Source: an uncultured Chloroflexia bacterium | GTDB taxonomy: Bacteria; Chloroflexota; Limnocylindria; Limnocylindrales; CSP1-4 | Assembly (NCBI GenBank): GCA_963749705.1 | Contig: CAVVNQ010000004.1 | Coordinates: 96,001 to 160,000, forward strand | Direction of reading: 5' to 3' | DNA length: 64,000 bases | Shown here: piece after piece, positions 20,469-29,719 of the stretch | How positions within the stretch are numbered: position 1 is the first letter of the stretch | Layout: each line of letters opens with the position of its first letter | Made by a program: the position numbers and the translations under genes | The notes under the pieces: generated by a model | What the model was told of the DNA's origin: nothing | Databases searched by the model: none | Seen by the model: the letters and a program-made list of their open reading frames with translations, nothing else

Positions 20469-21674
20469 TCAGGCGAGCCGCCGCGCCCCCGCGTTCGCCT
20501 CGACCGGGAACACCCGCGGCACCAGCCCCGTCCGGGCCGGGTAGTCGCGCAGCACCGCCTCGCGCAGCGCGTCCACCGCGTCCCGGCGCACGAGGTTGAT
20601 CGTGCAGCCGCCGAACCCCGCCCCGGTCAGCCGGGCGCCGATCACCCCCGGCGTCGCCCGCGCGATCTCCACCAGCGCGTCGAGCTCCGGGCTGCTCACC
20701 TCGTACAGGTCGCGGAGCGACGCGTGGCTCGCGTAGAACAGGCGGCCCACGGTGTCGAGGTCGCCGGCCTCGAATGCCGCGATCGAGTCCAGCACCCGCT
20801 GGTTCTCGGCGACGATGTGCTCGGCCCGGCGGGCGGCGACCGGGGCCAGCCGGTCTCGCACCCGGTCGAGCATCGAGGGCGTGACGTCACGCAGGGCGGT
20901 CACCCCAGGCTCGACCGCGGCGATCGCCGCGACGGCCGCCTCGCACTGCGCGCGACGCTCGTTGTACGCGGATGCCTCGAGCTTGCGCGGCGATCCCGAG
21001 TGGCAGGCGACCAGCGCGACGTCGTCCAGCGGCAGCGGCACCGACCGGTGCTCGAGCGACCGGCAGTCGAGCAGGAGCGCCCGGCCCGGCTCGCCGAAGA
21101 CGCACGCGAACTGATCCATGATCCCGTTGTTGAGCCCGATGTAGCCGTTCTCCGAGCGCTGGACGACATGGACCAGGCGCATCGGGTCGAGCGGCGGCCG
21201 GTCACCGCCGGACAGCGCCCAGGCGGCCACCACCTCGATCGCCGCCGACGATGACAGCCCGGCGGCCTGCGGGAGGTCCGAGGCGAGCAACCCGCGAAAC
21301 CCGCGCGGCCCGGTGCCCGCCTCGTCCAGGGCCCAGGCCATGCCGGCCACGTAGTCGAGCCACGAGTCCCGCCGCTCACCCACCGCATGGACGTCGAACC
21401 CGCCGGTCTCGCCGCTCGCCGCCAGCGTCAGCGCCACCCGGTCGTCGTCGGTGGGGACGAGGGCGATCGAGATCCCGAGGTCGATCGCGAACGGGAGCAC
21501 GAACCCCTCGTTGTAGTCCGTGTGCTCGCCGATCAGGTTCACGCGCCCGGGCGCATGCACGACGCGCACGTCGTCGGGCCGAGCGGCGGCGACCGGATCG
21601 AGCCTGACCAGCGCATCGCGAAGCGCCGCAGGGTCGCGCGCGAGGGCCGCCTCCGACGCGGCATCGAGGCTCAT
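20469..21674 (-). CDS. galK: Galactokinase
   Basis: APGRVNLIGEHTDYNEG, GLSSSAA, GIMDQF, GARLTGAGFGG. Confidence 0.97.
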   Translation of the reverse strand: MSLDAASEAALARDPAALRDALVRLDPVAAARPDDVRVVHAPGRVNLIGEHTDYNEGFVLPFAIDLGISIALVPTDDDRVALTLAASGETGGFDVHAVGERRDSWLDYVAGMAWALDEAGTGPRGFRGLLASDLPQAAGLSSSAAIEVVAAWALSGGDRPPLDPMRLVHVVQRSENGYIGLNNGIMDQFACVFGEPGRALLLDCRSLEHRSVPLPLDDVALVACHSGSPRKLEASAYNERRAQCEAAVAAIAAVEPGVTALRDVTPSMLDRVRDRLAPVAARRAEHIVAENQRVLDSIAAFEAGDLDTVGRLFYASHASLRDLYEVSSPELDALVEIARATPGVIGARLTGAGFGGCTINLVRRDAVDALREAVLRDYPARTGLVPRVFPVEANAGARRLA

Positions 21675-21675
21675 G

Positions 21676-22803
21676 TCACGCCACGTCGCGGCGGATCGTG
21701 AGCGACGCGATCACGGCGAAGAACACGGCGATCAGCGCGAGCACGCCGAGATCGAGCTGGAGCTCGGGCGTCGCGAGGTCCGCACCCCGGATCAGCACCT
21801 GGCGCAGGCCGTCCACCGCGTACGTGACGGGCATCACCGCGGCCAGCGGCTGCAGCAGCCCCGGCAGGCCGCTGATCGGGATCAGGATCCCGGACAGCAG
21901 GAACTGGGGGACGATCACGAGCGGGATGAACTGGACGATCTGGAGCTCGGTCCGGGCGAACGTCGACAGGAAGATGCCCAGGCTCACGGCGCCGATGGCG
22001 ACCAGCAGCACCACCAGGAACGCGACCAGCGGGCTGCCCGCCAGCTCGACCCCGAGGCCGATCGAGAACGCGGGCAGCGGCCCGATCGAGGCGACGTGCA
22101 CCGTCCCCAGCGTCCAGGTGAGCAGGATCGCGACCTGGAGCGTCGCGAACAGGGCAAAGCCCAGCGTGTACCCGGCGACGACCTCGCCGCGCGTGACCGG
22201 CGTCGCCATCAGGCGCTCGAGCGTGCCACCGGTCCGCTCCCGCAGGAAGCTGACCCCGGTCAGGATATACACGAAGAAGTAGACGAAGAACCCGATGATC
22301 GCCGGTGCGTACGGCGCGATCGGGTCCGCGCTGGGCGTCCCGTACACCGTGACGTGCTCGATCGCCGGCATCGCGCCCGACGTCATCACGCCGATGAGCG
22401 CCTTGGTCACGATGCCCACCTGGGTGGCCTCCGCGAATGGATCGAGGCCGTTGGTGATCAGGGTGACCGTGCTCCCGACCCCCTTGTCGGCCGGCAGGAT
22501 GATCCCGATCGACGCCGTCCCGTCCGCGACGGCGGCCCGAGCCGCTGCCTCGTCCGGCACCTGCGTCACCGTCCCACCATCGGCAGCGACGCCGAGCCGG
22601 AGGTTCTGGACGAAGACCGTCGCGGGAACCCCGGTCTCGACCACGGCGACGTTGACCGCCGGGGTTTCGCCCTCGCGCAGGATGAACGTGAGCAGCCCGG
22701 TCATCAGGACGGGCGCGATGAACAGGAGGGCGAGCGACGGACGGTCGCGCCGGATCTCCTGGACGACGCGCCGGAACAGGGCTCGCAGGCGACGCGGGTT
22801 CAT
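21676..22803 (-). CDS. ABC-2 type exporter permease
   Basis: RRDRPSLALL, LRERTGGTLERLMATP, PQFLLSG; multiple TM helices. Confidence 0.9.
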   Translation of the reverse strand: MNPRRLRALFRRVVQEIRRDRPSLALLFIAPVLMTGLLTFILREGETPAVNVAVVETGVPATVFVQNLRLGVAADGGTVTQVPDEAAARAAVADGTASIGIILPADKGVGSTVTLITNGLDPFAEATQVGIVTKALIGVMTSGAMPAIEHVTVYGTPSADPIAPYAPAIIGFFVYFFVYILTGVSFLRERTGGTLERLMATPVTRGEVVAGYTLGFALFATLQVAILLTWTLGTVHVASIGPLPAFSIGLGVELAGSPLVAFLVVLLVAIGAVSLGIFLSTFARTELQIVQFIPLVIVPQFLLSGILIPISGLPGLLQPLAAVMPVTYAVDGLRQVLIRGADLATPELQLDLGVLALIAVFFAVIASLTIRRDVA

Positions 22804-23564
22804 CGGGCGGCCTCCGTCTCGCCGGCGAACTGGAGGAAGGCCTGCTCGAGGTCGTCGGTGGCGGCGGCGGCCCGCAGGTCACCTCCGGTGCCGCGCGCGA
22901 TGATCCGGCCCGCTCGCATGAACAGCAGCTCGTCGCACCGATCGGCCTCGTCCATCACGTGGCTCGATACGATCAGGGTGATCCCGTCCGCGGCGAGCTT
23001 GCGGAAGTGGGTCCAGAACTCGACCCGGAGCAGCGGGTCGATGCCCACCGTCGGCTCATCGAGGAACAGGATCGTCGGGCGGTGGACGAGCGCGCACGCC
23101 AGCGACAGCCGGCGACGCTGGCCACCCGACAGCGTGCCCGCGACCGACTCGGTTCGATCGGCCAGGTTGACGAGCTCGAGCGCCTCGACCACCGGCGCGT
23201 CGCCATCGACGCCGTAGACCGCGGCGAAGAACCGCGCGTTCTCGCCTACGGTCAGCGCCGGGTAGATCCCGTCGCTCTGGGTCATGTACCCGATCCGGCT
23301 CAGGTTGGACCGCGATGGCATCCGGACGCCCAGCACCTCGGTGTGGCCGGACGTGGCGCGCGCCATCCCCGTCAGCAGCCGGATCAGCGTCGTCTTGCCG
23401 GATCCGTTGGGGCCCAGGATCCCGTAGATGCGGCCGGGCGCGAGCTCGAACGACACCCCATCGACCGCGCGCAACGGACCGAAGGCCTTGACCAGGTCGA
23501 CCGCGCGGACCGCGGGCCGGGCCGCGGCCGCCGCGTCAGCTTGGGAGGGCGCCACGCTGTGCAC
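22800..23564 (-). CDS. ABC exporter ATP-binding protein
   Basis: GPNGSGKT, LSGGQ, FLDEPTVG; GTG start at 23564 with GGAG upstream. Confidence 0.92.
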   Translation of the reverse strand: MHSVAPSQADAAAAARPAVRAVDLVKAFGPLRAVDGVSFELAPGRIYGILGPNGSGKTTLIRLLTGMARATSGHTEVLGVRMPSRSNLSRIGYMTQSDGIYPALTVGENARFFAAVYGVDGDAPVVEALELVNLADRTESVAGTLSGGQRRRLSLACALVHRPTILFLDEPTVGIDPLLRVEFWTHFRKLAADGITLIVSSHVMDEADRCDELLFMRAGRIIARGTGGDLRAAAATDDLEQAFLQFAGETEAAR

Positions 23565-23693
23565 TGTTGGCTCCAGGTGCGGGAAGCCGCCACCGACGAT
23601 TCGTCGGTTGATGAATTCTAGGTCGGCCGGCGGAGCCGACCACGGGCCGCCGGACACCGCGCGGCGGTCCGGACGGCGCGTCGGCACGGGCGA

Positions 23694-24884
23694 TCAGTCC
23701 CTGAGCGCATCGCCGCCGCCCAGCGGCACATCGGTCCGACGCCACCGACGCGCGCCCCTGGCCGGGAGATAGCGCCAACCCACCAGCGCGCCCGCCACGG
23801 CGAGCAACGCGGAGATCCCGAACAGGACCTGGGGCCCGCCCTCGGCGTACAGGAGCCCGCCGACGACGTTGGCCAGGAACGCCGCCACCCCCGCCGTGGT
23901 GATCGAGATCAACGCCTGCCCCGATCCCTGGAGGCGCGGCGGCATCACCTGCTGGATGGTCATCACGCTCGCGATCCACAGCCCCGCAAACCCGACCCCC
24001 GAGATCAGCCGGGAGGCAACGATCGCGAGCGCCGACCCGAGCACCGCCCACAGCAGGAACGCCGACACGTACAGGGCCACCGACACCACGAACAGGCCCC
24101 GGATCCCGATCCGGGGCACCGCACGGCCAGCGGCGACCATGGCACCGACCTCGGCGGCGGCCGCGACCGCGGATGACAGGGCCACCTCGGGCGCCCCGCC
24201 GCCCAGCTCGACGATCCGCAGCGACAGGAACGTGAAGCCGGCGAACACGCCGACGTACGCCAGGCCGACCGCGACCAGGACCCGGGGCATGGCCGGGTCG
24301 ACCGCGAATGCCTCGCGGATCGCGCCGCCGCGACGGTGCGCGGTGAGCTGCGCGCGCCCCAGGTCCGGGATCCGGCGCGCGACCAGCGCGATCGCGACCG
24401 CCAACACGAGGAACATGACCCCGGCCGGCCAGTACCCGAGCGCCCCGTACAGCACCCCGAATGCGACCGCCGCGACCGCGAACGCCGCGCTCGACCCACT
24501 GCGGACCCGCCCGTACTCGCGCCCGGGGTCACGCATCGCGTTGACCGCCAGCGCATCGGACAGGGGTCCCGCGGCGCCGTAGCAGGCGGCATACGCGACA
24601 TAGGCGGCCCCCACCGCAAGCGGCGGCAACGGAAGCAGGAACAGCACCAGCAGCCCCGCCGCCAGCAGGATCGACACGCTGAGCGCCCGGGCGCGCCCGA
24701 GCACGACATCGCCCAGGTGGCCCCACACGGACACCGACACGATGAACGCGACCGAGGTGAGCGCCGTCACCAGGCCGATCACGGCCGGGCTGAACCCACG
24801 GCCCGCGAGGATCACGGAGGCGAACGGACCCAGCACGGCAATCTCGGCGCCGTTGAGCACGAACAGCAGGCGAATGCGGACCAT
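23694..24884 (-). CDS. MFS transporter (nucleoside:H+ symporter / YwbF-like)
   Basis: About 12 hydrophobic segments; WGHLGDV, YGRVRS.GS, PRLQGSGQAL motifs. Confidence 0.82.
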   Translation of the reverse strand: MVRIRLLFVLNGAEIAVLGPFASVILAGRGFSPAVIGLVTALTSVAFIVSVSVWGHLGDVVLGRARALSVSILLAAGLLVLFLLPLPPLAVGAAYVAYAACYGAAGPLSDALAVNAMRDPGREYGRVRSGSSAAFAVAAVAFGVLYGALGYWPAGVMFLVLAVAIALVARRIPDLGRAQLTAHRRGGAIREAFAVDPAMPRVLVAVGLAYVGVFAGFTFLSLRIVELGGGAPEVALSSAVAAAAEVGAMVAAGRAVPRIGIRGLFVVSVALYVSAFLLWAVLGSALAIVASRLISGVGFAGLWIASVMTIQQVMPPRLQGSGQALISITTAGVAAFLANVVGGLLYAEGGPQVLFGISALLAVAGALVGWRYLPARGARRWRRTDVPLGGGDALRD

Positions 24885-24938
24885 CGTGGACCCGTCCAGG
24901 GCGCCGAAGCGCGATGCCGCCGGCGCGGCGGCGTGGCG

Positions 24939-25943
24939 TCAGCCGAAGCGCTCGCGAAGCCTCGGCAGGATGACCTTCCCGTAGCGCGCGATGGCCGTCT
25001 CCTGGTCGTTGCCCGGGAAGTGGAACACGAGGTGGTTGAGCCCGTAGGAGAGGTACGGGGCGATCTGGTCCACGTGCTCGTCGGGATCGTCGGACACGAG
25101 CCAGCGGGTGTGCGCGTAGGGCTCGGCGTGCTTGGCGAGGATCTCCATCTGGCGCGGGTCGTGGACGCCGACCTTCATCTCGCCCGGCAGGGCCAGCGCC
25201 GCCCAGACCTTGGTGTCCTCCATCGCCCGCGAACGATCGGGGTCGAAGCTGACCTTCATCTCGATCATCCGGTCCATCGCCGCGGCGTCCCGCCCGACCT
25301 TCGCGGCCCCCTCGGCGAGCGCCGGCAGGAGGGTGTCGGTGTACAGCTCGGCACCCTTGCCGCTGGTGCAGATGAACCCGTCGGCGATCCGCCCGGCGAG
25401 CCTCGCCGCGGCCGGACCCGAGGCCGCGATGTAGATCGGGACGGGCGTGTCCGGGCGATCATAGACCGTCGCCTCGTGGGTGCGGAAGAACTCGCCGCTG
25501 AAGTCGACGAACTCCTCGCGCCATAGCCGCCCGATGAGGGTCACCGCCTCCTTGAGCCGCGCGAACCGCTCCTTCTGTTCGGGCCAGTCCACGCCTACGG
25601 GGACCTCGTTCATCGACTCCCCGGTGCCGACGCCCAGGATCACCCGTCCGGGGGCCAGGCAGGCCAGGGTCGCGAACGCCTGGGCAACGATCGCGGGGTT
25701 GTATCGGAATGAAGGGGTGAGCACGCTCGTACCCAGCGTCACCCGCTGGGTCGCCTGGGTCGCGGCACCCAGCCAGACGAGCGCGTTGGGGGCATGACCG
25801 TCGGTGTGGCGCCAGGGCTGGAAGTGGTCGCTCGTCCATACGGAGTCGAACCCCGCGGCCTCGGCCGCCACCGCGAGGTCCAGCAGGCGGCGGGGCGGAA
25901 ACTGCTCTGCGGACGCCTTGTAGCCGAGGGTCAGTCGGGGCAT
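24939..25943 (-). CDS. fgd: F420-dependent glucose(sugar)-6-phosphate dehydrogenase (luciferase-like fold)
   Basis: LGYKASAEQF, SDHFQPWRH, LGTSVLTP, GVGTGESMNE, FICTSGKG closely match mycobacterial FGD1. Confidence 0.9.
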   Translation of the reverse strand: MPRLTLGYKASAEQFPPRRLLDLAVAAEAAGFDSVWTSDHFQPWRHTDGHAPNALVWLGAATQATQRVTLGTSVLTPSFRYNPAIVAQAFATLACLAPGRVILGVGTGESMNEVPVGVDWPEQKERFARLKEAVTLIGRLWREEFVDFSGEFFRTHEATVYDRPDTPVPIYIAASGPAAARLAGRIADGFICTSGKGAELYTDTLLPALAEGAAKVGRDAAAMDRMIEMKVSFDPDRSRAMEDTKVWAALALPGEMKVGVHDPRQMEILAKHAEPYAHTRWLVSDDPDEHVDQIAPYLSYGLNHLVFHFPGNDQETAIARYGKVILPRLRERFG

Positions 25944-25971
25944 TCGGGACCTCTGTGCGTTCTGGGCATGC

Positions 25972-26868
25972 TCAGCGGGCGATGGCGAGCACGCCGGCTC
26001 CCGCCAGGACCAGCATAGCCCCGACGATCCGGCGGGACACCTCGCCGGGGTCCCGGGCCTCGCGCAGCCGGACGACGCCCCAGGTGGTGGCGAGGAGCAC
26101 GGCGGACTCGCGGAGCGGGGCCACCACGGCGAGCGGTGCGCGCTGCAGGGCCGCCAGGACCAGCCCGTACGCGGCGACCGTGAGCACGCCCGCCGACACC
26201 GCGCGCCGGCGGGCTGCCCCGACCCCCATCGTGGCGACTGGAAGATCGCCGCGCCGGGCCCGGACGATGGCGATCAGGCCAAGCCCGAGCGCGCCCGTCG
26301 GCCACAGGATCCCCGCGTACAGCCACGGTGGCACGAGCTGGACGCCCACGCGATCGATGGCCGAGTACGAGGCGATCATCGCGCCCGTGAGCAGCGCGAA
26401 CCCGGCCGCGGATCGATCGTCGCGCGCCTCTGCCGCGCGCAGCAGGCGCCACGGCCGTTGGACGATGAGCAGGCTCGCGACCAGGAGCGCGACGCCCAGG
26501 ATCGCCCCGGGCGCCAGTCGCTCGCCCAGGACGCCGACACCCAGGATGATCGCGAGCAGCGGTGCGCTGCCGCGCGCGAGCGGGTACACGAGCGACAGGT
26601 CGCCGCGACGGTAGGCCGCGGCGAGGAACAGGAAGTACACCACCTCCACCCCGCCCGAGGCCACGCCAAGCAGCCACGCGTCGTTGGGGATCGCGGGCCG
26701 TCCCAGCGTCAGCCACCCCACCGCCACCGCGGGCACGAGCACCACGGACACCGCGACGAGCCCGACCGTCGCGGTCCACAGCGGGTCGTCCGCGGTCTTG
26801 AGCAGCACGTTCCACGCGGCGTGGAGGACCGCCGCCAGCGCGATGAAGGCGAGGGCGAGCGGATCCAC
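25972..26868 (-). CDS. EamA/DMT family transporter
   Basis: LHAAWNVLLK, AYRRGDLSLVYPLARG, APLRES motifs. Confidence 0.9.
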   Translation of the reverse strand: MDPLALAFIALAAVLHAAWNVLLKTADDPLWTATVGLVAVSVVLVPAVAVGWLTLGRPAIPNDAWLLGVASGGVEVVYFLFLAAAYRRGDLSLVYPLARGSAPLLAIILGVGVLGERLAPGAILGVALLVASLLIVQRPWRLLRAAEARDDRSAAGFALLTGAMIASYSAIDRVGVQLVPPWLYAGILWPTGALGLGLIAIVRARRGDLPVATMGVGAARRRAVSAGVLTVAAYGLVLAALQRAPLAVVAPLRESAVLLATTWGVVRLREARDPGEVSRRIVGAMLVLAGAGVLAIAR

Positions 26869-26966
26869 GCGCGAAGTCTAGGGTCCGGACCCTGGCCGGC
26901 GGACCGCTCGTTGCGGGTCGGCGAAGCACTCGCCGGATGCGTGTTCGCCGCCGCCGGTTCGCCCGA

Positions 26967-27932
26967 CTACCCGGATCCGGCCGCCGGCCAGCCGCCGAGC
27001 TCGGCGAGCGTCGGCGGATCGGCGCCGGCTCGCTCGCAGGCCATCGCGGACGCGCGGACCGCGAACCGCGCCGCGTCGAGCGCCGACCGGGCGTCATGGA
27101 GGCCTGCTCGTCCCACCCCGGCGCGGACGATGGCGGCGAGGAAGGCACCGCCGAACGTATCGCCCGCACCCACCGTGTCGACGACCCGCACCCTCGGGAC
27201 CGGCACCACGTGGTTCGCACCCCCCGCGTGCACCGTGACCGAGCGACCGCCGTCGGTGAGCAGGACGACCCGGTCGCCATCCCCGGCCAGCCGGGCGACC
27301 GCCTCGGGCAGCGGGACCCCCGGCTGCAGGTAGGCGAGGTCGTCGGCGCTGACCTTGACCACGTCGGTCCGCTCCATCACGCGCGCCACCCGCGCCCGGT
27401 AGCCATCCGGATCGGCGGTGATCGATGGCCGGCAGTTGGGATCGACCATGAGGATCACGTCATCGGGAAGCGTCGCCGCCAGCGATTCCAGCGTGGTGGC
27501 CATCGGCTCGAGCACGAACCCCAGCGTGCCCAGGTGCACGGCGCGCGTCGCTGCCGGCAGCCCGGCTTGGAGCGGCCCGATGTCCACCGCCGGCGCGGAC
27601 GTCCCATCCACGTAGAACCGGTACGCCGCGACGCCGTGCTCGTCGAGCTCGGCCAGGGCGAGCGTCGTCGGCAGGTCAGTTCGCTGGACGTGGTCGAGCG
27701 ACACGCCGTCGCGGACGAGCCCGGTCTCCAGCATCCGCCCGAAGCGATCCGACGACAGCCCGCCGATCCAGGCCACCGGAACCCCCAGGCGGGCGACGGC
27801 CCGGGCAGTGTTGTACGGTCCGCCACCGGGTGCCGGCACCAGCCGTCCGTCGGCGAGCACGATCAGGTCGATCAGCGCCTCGCCGGCGACCACGATCAGC
27901 GCCGGTTCGCCGGACGTTTCCTGGCTGGTCAT
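26967..27932 (-). CDS. PfkB-family carbohydrate kinase
   Basis: GEALID, PGGGPYN, DPNCR, VKVSADD, DTVGAGDTF. Confidence 0.93.
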   Translation of the reverse strand: MTSQETSGEPALIVVAGEALIDLIVLADGRLVPAPGGGPYNTARAVARLGVPVAWIGGLSSDRFGRMLETGLVRDGVSLDHVQRTDLPTTLALAELDEHGVAAYRFYVDGTSAPAVDIGPLQAGLPAATRAVHLGTLGFVLEPMATTLESLAATLPDDVILMVDPNCRPSITADPDGYRARVARVMERTDVVKVSADDLAYLQPGVPLPEAVARLAGDGDRVVLLTDGGRSVTVHAGGANHVVPVPRVRVVDTVGAGDTFGGAFLAAIVRAGVGRAGLHDARSALDAARFAVRASAMACERAGADPPTLAELGGWPAAGSG

Positions 27933-28025
27933 GGCTGGAGGCTACTGCCTCGCGGCGGGCCGCGCCAACCCGCCGGAGCGCAGGCCCGTCGACGCCACGA
28001 CCGCCCGCGGCAGCGGATCGGCAGG

Positions 28026-28054
28026 TTGACACGGCTCGTGGCCGGACCTAGCAT
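28026..28054 (+). promoter_or_regulatory. Sigma70 promoter of the microcompartment operon
   Basis: TTGACA (28026-28031), 17-nt spacer, TAGCAT (28049-28054). Confidence 0.75.
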
Positions 28055-28060
28055 GCGACC

Positions 28061-28094
28061 TGCACATATGAGCATTGATGTACGCACATGAGCA
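28061..28094. promoter_or_regulatory. Tandem operator candidate for the SorC-family repressor
   Basis: TGCACATATGAGCA (28061-28074, near-palindrome) and a degenerate copy TACGCACATGAGCA (28081-28094), 20-bp period, over the predicted transcription start. Confidence 0.6.
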
Positions 28095-28107
28095 ACGCGG
28101 GGCGCGC

Positions 28108-29103
28108 GTGACGACCGTCGCTGCCCCGGTTCGCGGCGCCTCGGATCCGCGCCTGCTCGTTCGCGTCGCGCGGATGTACTACGGCATGGCGCTGACCCAG
28201 GAGGAGATCGGCGCGAGGCTCGGTCTGAGCCGGTTCAAGGTCGGCAGGCTGCTGGACCGGGCGGTCCGCGAGTCGATCGTGCGGATCGAGATCGTCCACC
28301 CCGCCGCCCGGCTGGTCGAGATCGAGGAGCAGCTGGTCGCCCGCTTCGGGCTGCGCGCGGCGGTCGTCGCCGACGCCGGGTCCGGTCCGGTCACCGCGGA
28401 GGGGTCGGTCGAGGCCGCGACCGCCGTCGCGCGGGAGGCGGTGGCCAGGGCTGCCGCCCGGTATCTCGCCGAGATCCGACCGACGGGCGCGATCGGCGTG
28501 TCGTGGGGCCGGACGATGCTCGAGCTGGCCCGTGCCCTGGAGCCGGGCTGGACGACCGCGACCGAGATCGTCCAGCTCAACGGGGCGACGTCACGCTCGG
28601 CGACGCCGACGCGTGCCGGCGAGATCGTGGACCGGTTCGGGGTCACCAGCGGCGGATCGATCCGGCTCATGCCCGCGCCGGCGATCGTGGGGTCGGCCGC
28701 GCTGCGGACCGCGCTCGAGGCGGACCCGTCCGTGGGCGACACGCTGCAGGCGGCCCGGCGGGCGCCGTTCGCCGTGTTCAGCCTCGGCATCCCGGAGCCC
28801 GGCAGCGTCCTCGTGGAGTCCGGGTTCGTGGCGCCCGCGGACCGGAAGCTCCTGCGCCGGGCGGGCGCGGTCGGCGACATCCTGGGCCGGTTCCTCGCAC
28901 CCGACGGCCGGATCGCGCTGCCGGACCTCGACCAGCGCACGGTCGGCCTGCCGCTCGACGAGCTCGCGGCCAAGGACCACACCATCGGGCTCGCCGCCGG
29001 ACCCGGTCGCGGTCCCATCGCGCTCGCGGCCATCCGCGCGGGCTGCGTGAACACCCTGATCACCGACGAAGGAACGGCTGACTGGCTGGTTGCGCATGGC
29101 TGA
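28108..29103 (+). CDS. SorC/LsrR-family sugar-phosphate-binding transcriptional regulator
   Basis: VARMYYGMALTQEEIGARLGLSRFKVGRLL HTH, IGVSWGRT, GAVGDILGRF, LITDE. Confidence 0.92.
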   Translation: MTTVAAPVRGASDPRLLVRVARMYYGMALTQEEIGARLGLSRFKVGRLLDRAVRESIVRIEIVHPAARLVEIEEQLVARFGLRAAVVADAGSGPVTAEGSVEAATAVAREAVARAAARYLAEIRPTGAIGVSWGRTMLELARALEPGWTTATEIVQLNGATSRSATPTRAGEIVDRFGVTSGGSIRLMPAPAIVGSAALRTALEADPSVGDTLQAARRAPFAVFSLGIPEPGSVLVESGFVAPADRKLLRRAGAVGDILGRFLAPDGRIALPDLDQRTVGLPLDELAAKDHTIGLAAGPGRGPIALAAIRAGCVNTLITDEGTADWLVAHG

Positions 29104-29719
29104 GCCGCGGATCCGCCCCACCGAGCAGGACGTGCGGGACGTGGTCCGGCGCATCGTCGACGCCGTGTACGTACCCTCGGCCACGGTCGCCCCGACGACG
29201 GCGGCCGCACACATCGATGCCGGGGCCGCCGACGGGCAGCGTCCGTCCTCCATCGCCATCGGCGCCGACCATGGCGGCTTCCGGCTCAAGGAGCAGCTCC
29301 GGCAGGCGCTGGCCGAGCGCGGCCACGCGGTCCACGACTGCGGGACCGGCAGCGAGGACGCGGTCGACTACCCGGATCTCGCGCTGGCCGTCGCGAAGCT
29401 GGTCGCCGACGGCACGTGCAGCGTCGGGATCGTCGTGGACGGCGCCGGCATCGGCTCGTGCATGGCCGCCAACAAGGTGCCCGGCGTACGCGCCGCCATG
29501 TGCTACGACCTCTCAACGGCACGCAACAGCCGCGAGCACAATCACGCCAACGTGCTCACGCTCGGGGCGCGGCTCATCGGCGCCGGGCTTGCGCTCGACA
29601 TCGTGACCGAGTGGCTGGCCACGCCCTGGGGGCCGGGTCGCCACGCGGCCCGCGTCGACAAGATCACCGCCATCGAGCGGCACTACCTGAAGGACGGCAC
29701 CGGGGTTGGGACGCGATGA
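29096..29719 (+). CDS. rpiB: RpiB-family sugar-phosphate isomerase with N-terminal encapsulation peptide
   Basis: [41 protein letters not shown]-terminal amphipathic helix [15 protein letters not shown] plus Ala/Pro/Thr linker. Confidence 0.9.
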   Translation: MAEPRIRPTEQDVRDVVRRIVDAVYVPSATVAPTTAAAHIDAGAADGQRPSSIAIGADHGGFRLKEQLRQALAERGHAVHDCGTGSEDAVDYPDLALAVAKLVADGTCSVGIVVDGAGIGSCMAANKVPGVRAAMCYDLSTARNSREHNHANVLTLGARLIGAGLALDIVTEWLATPWGPGRHAARVDKITAIERHYLKDGTGVGTR

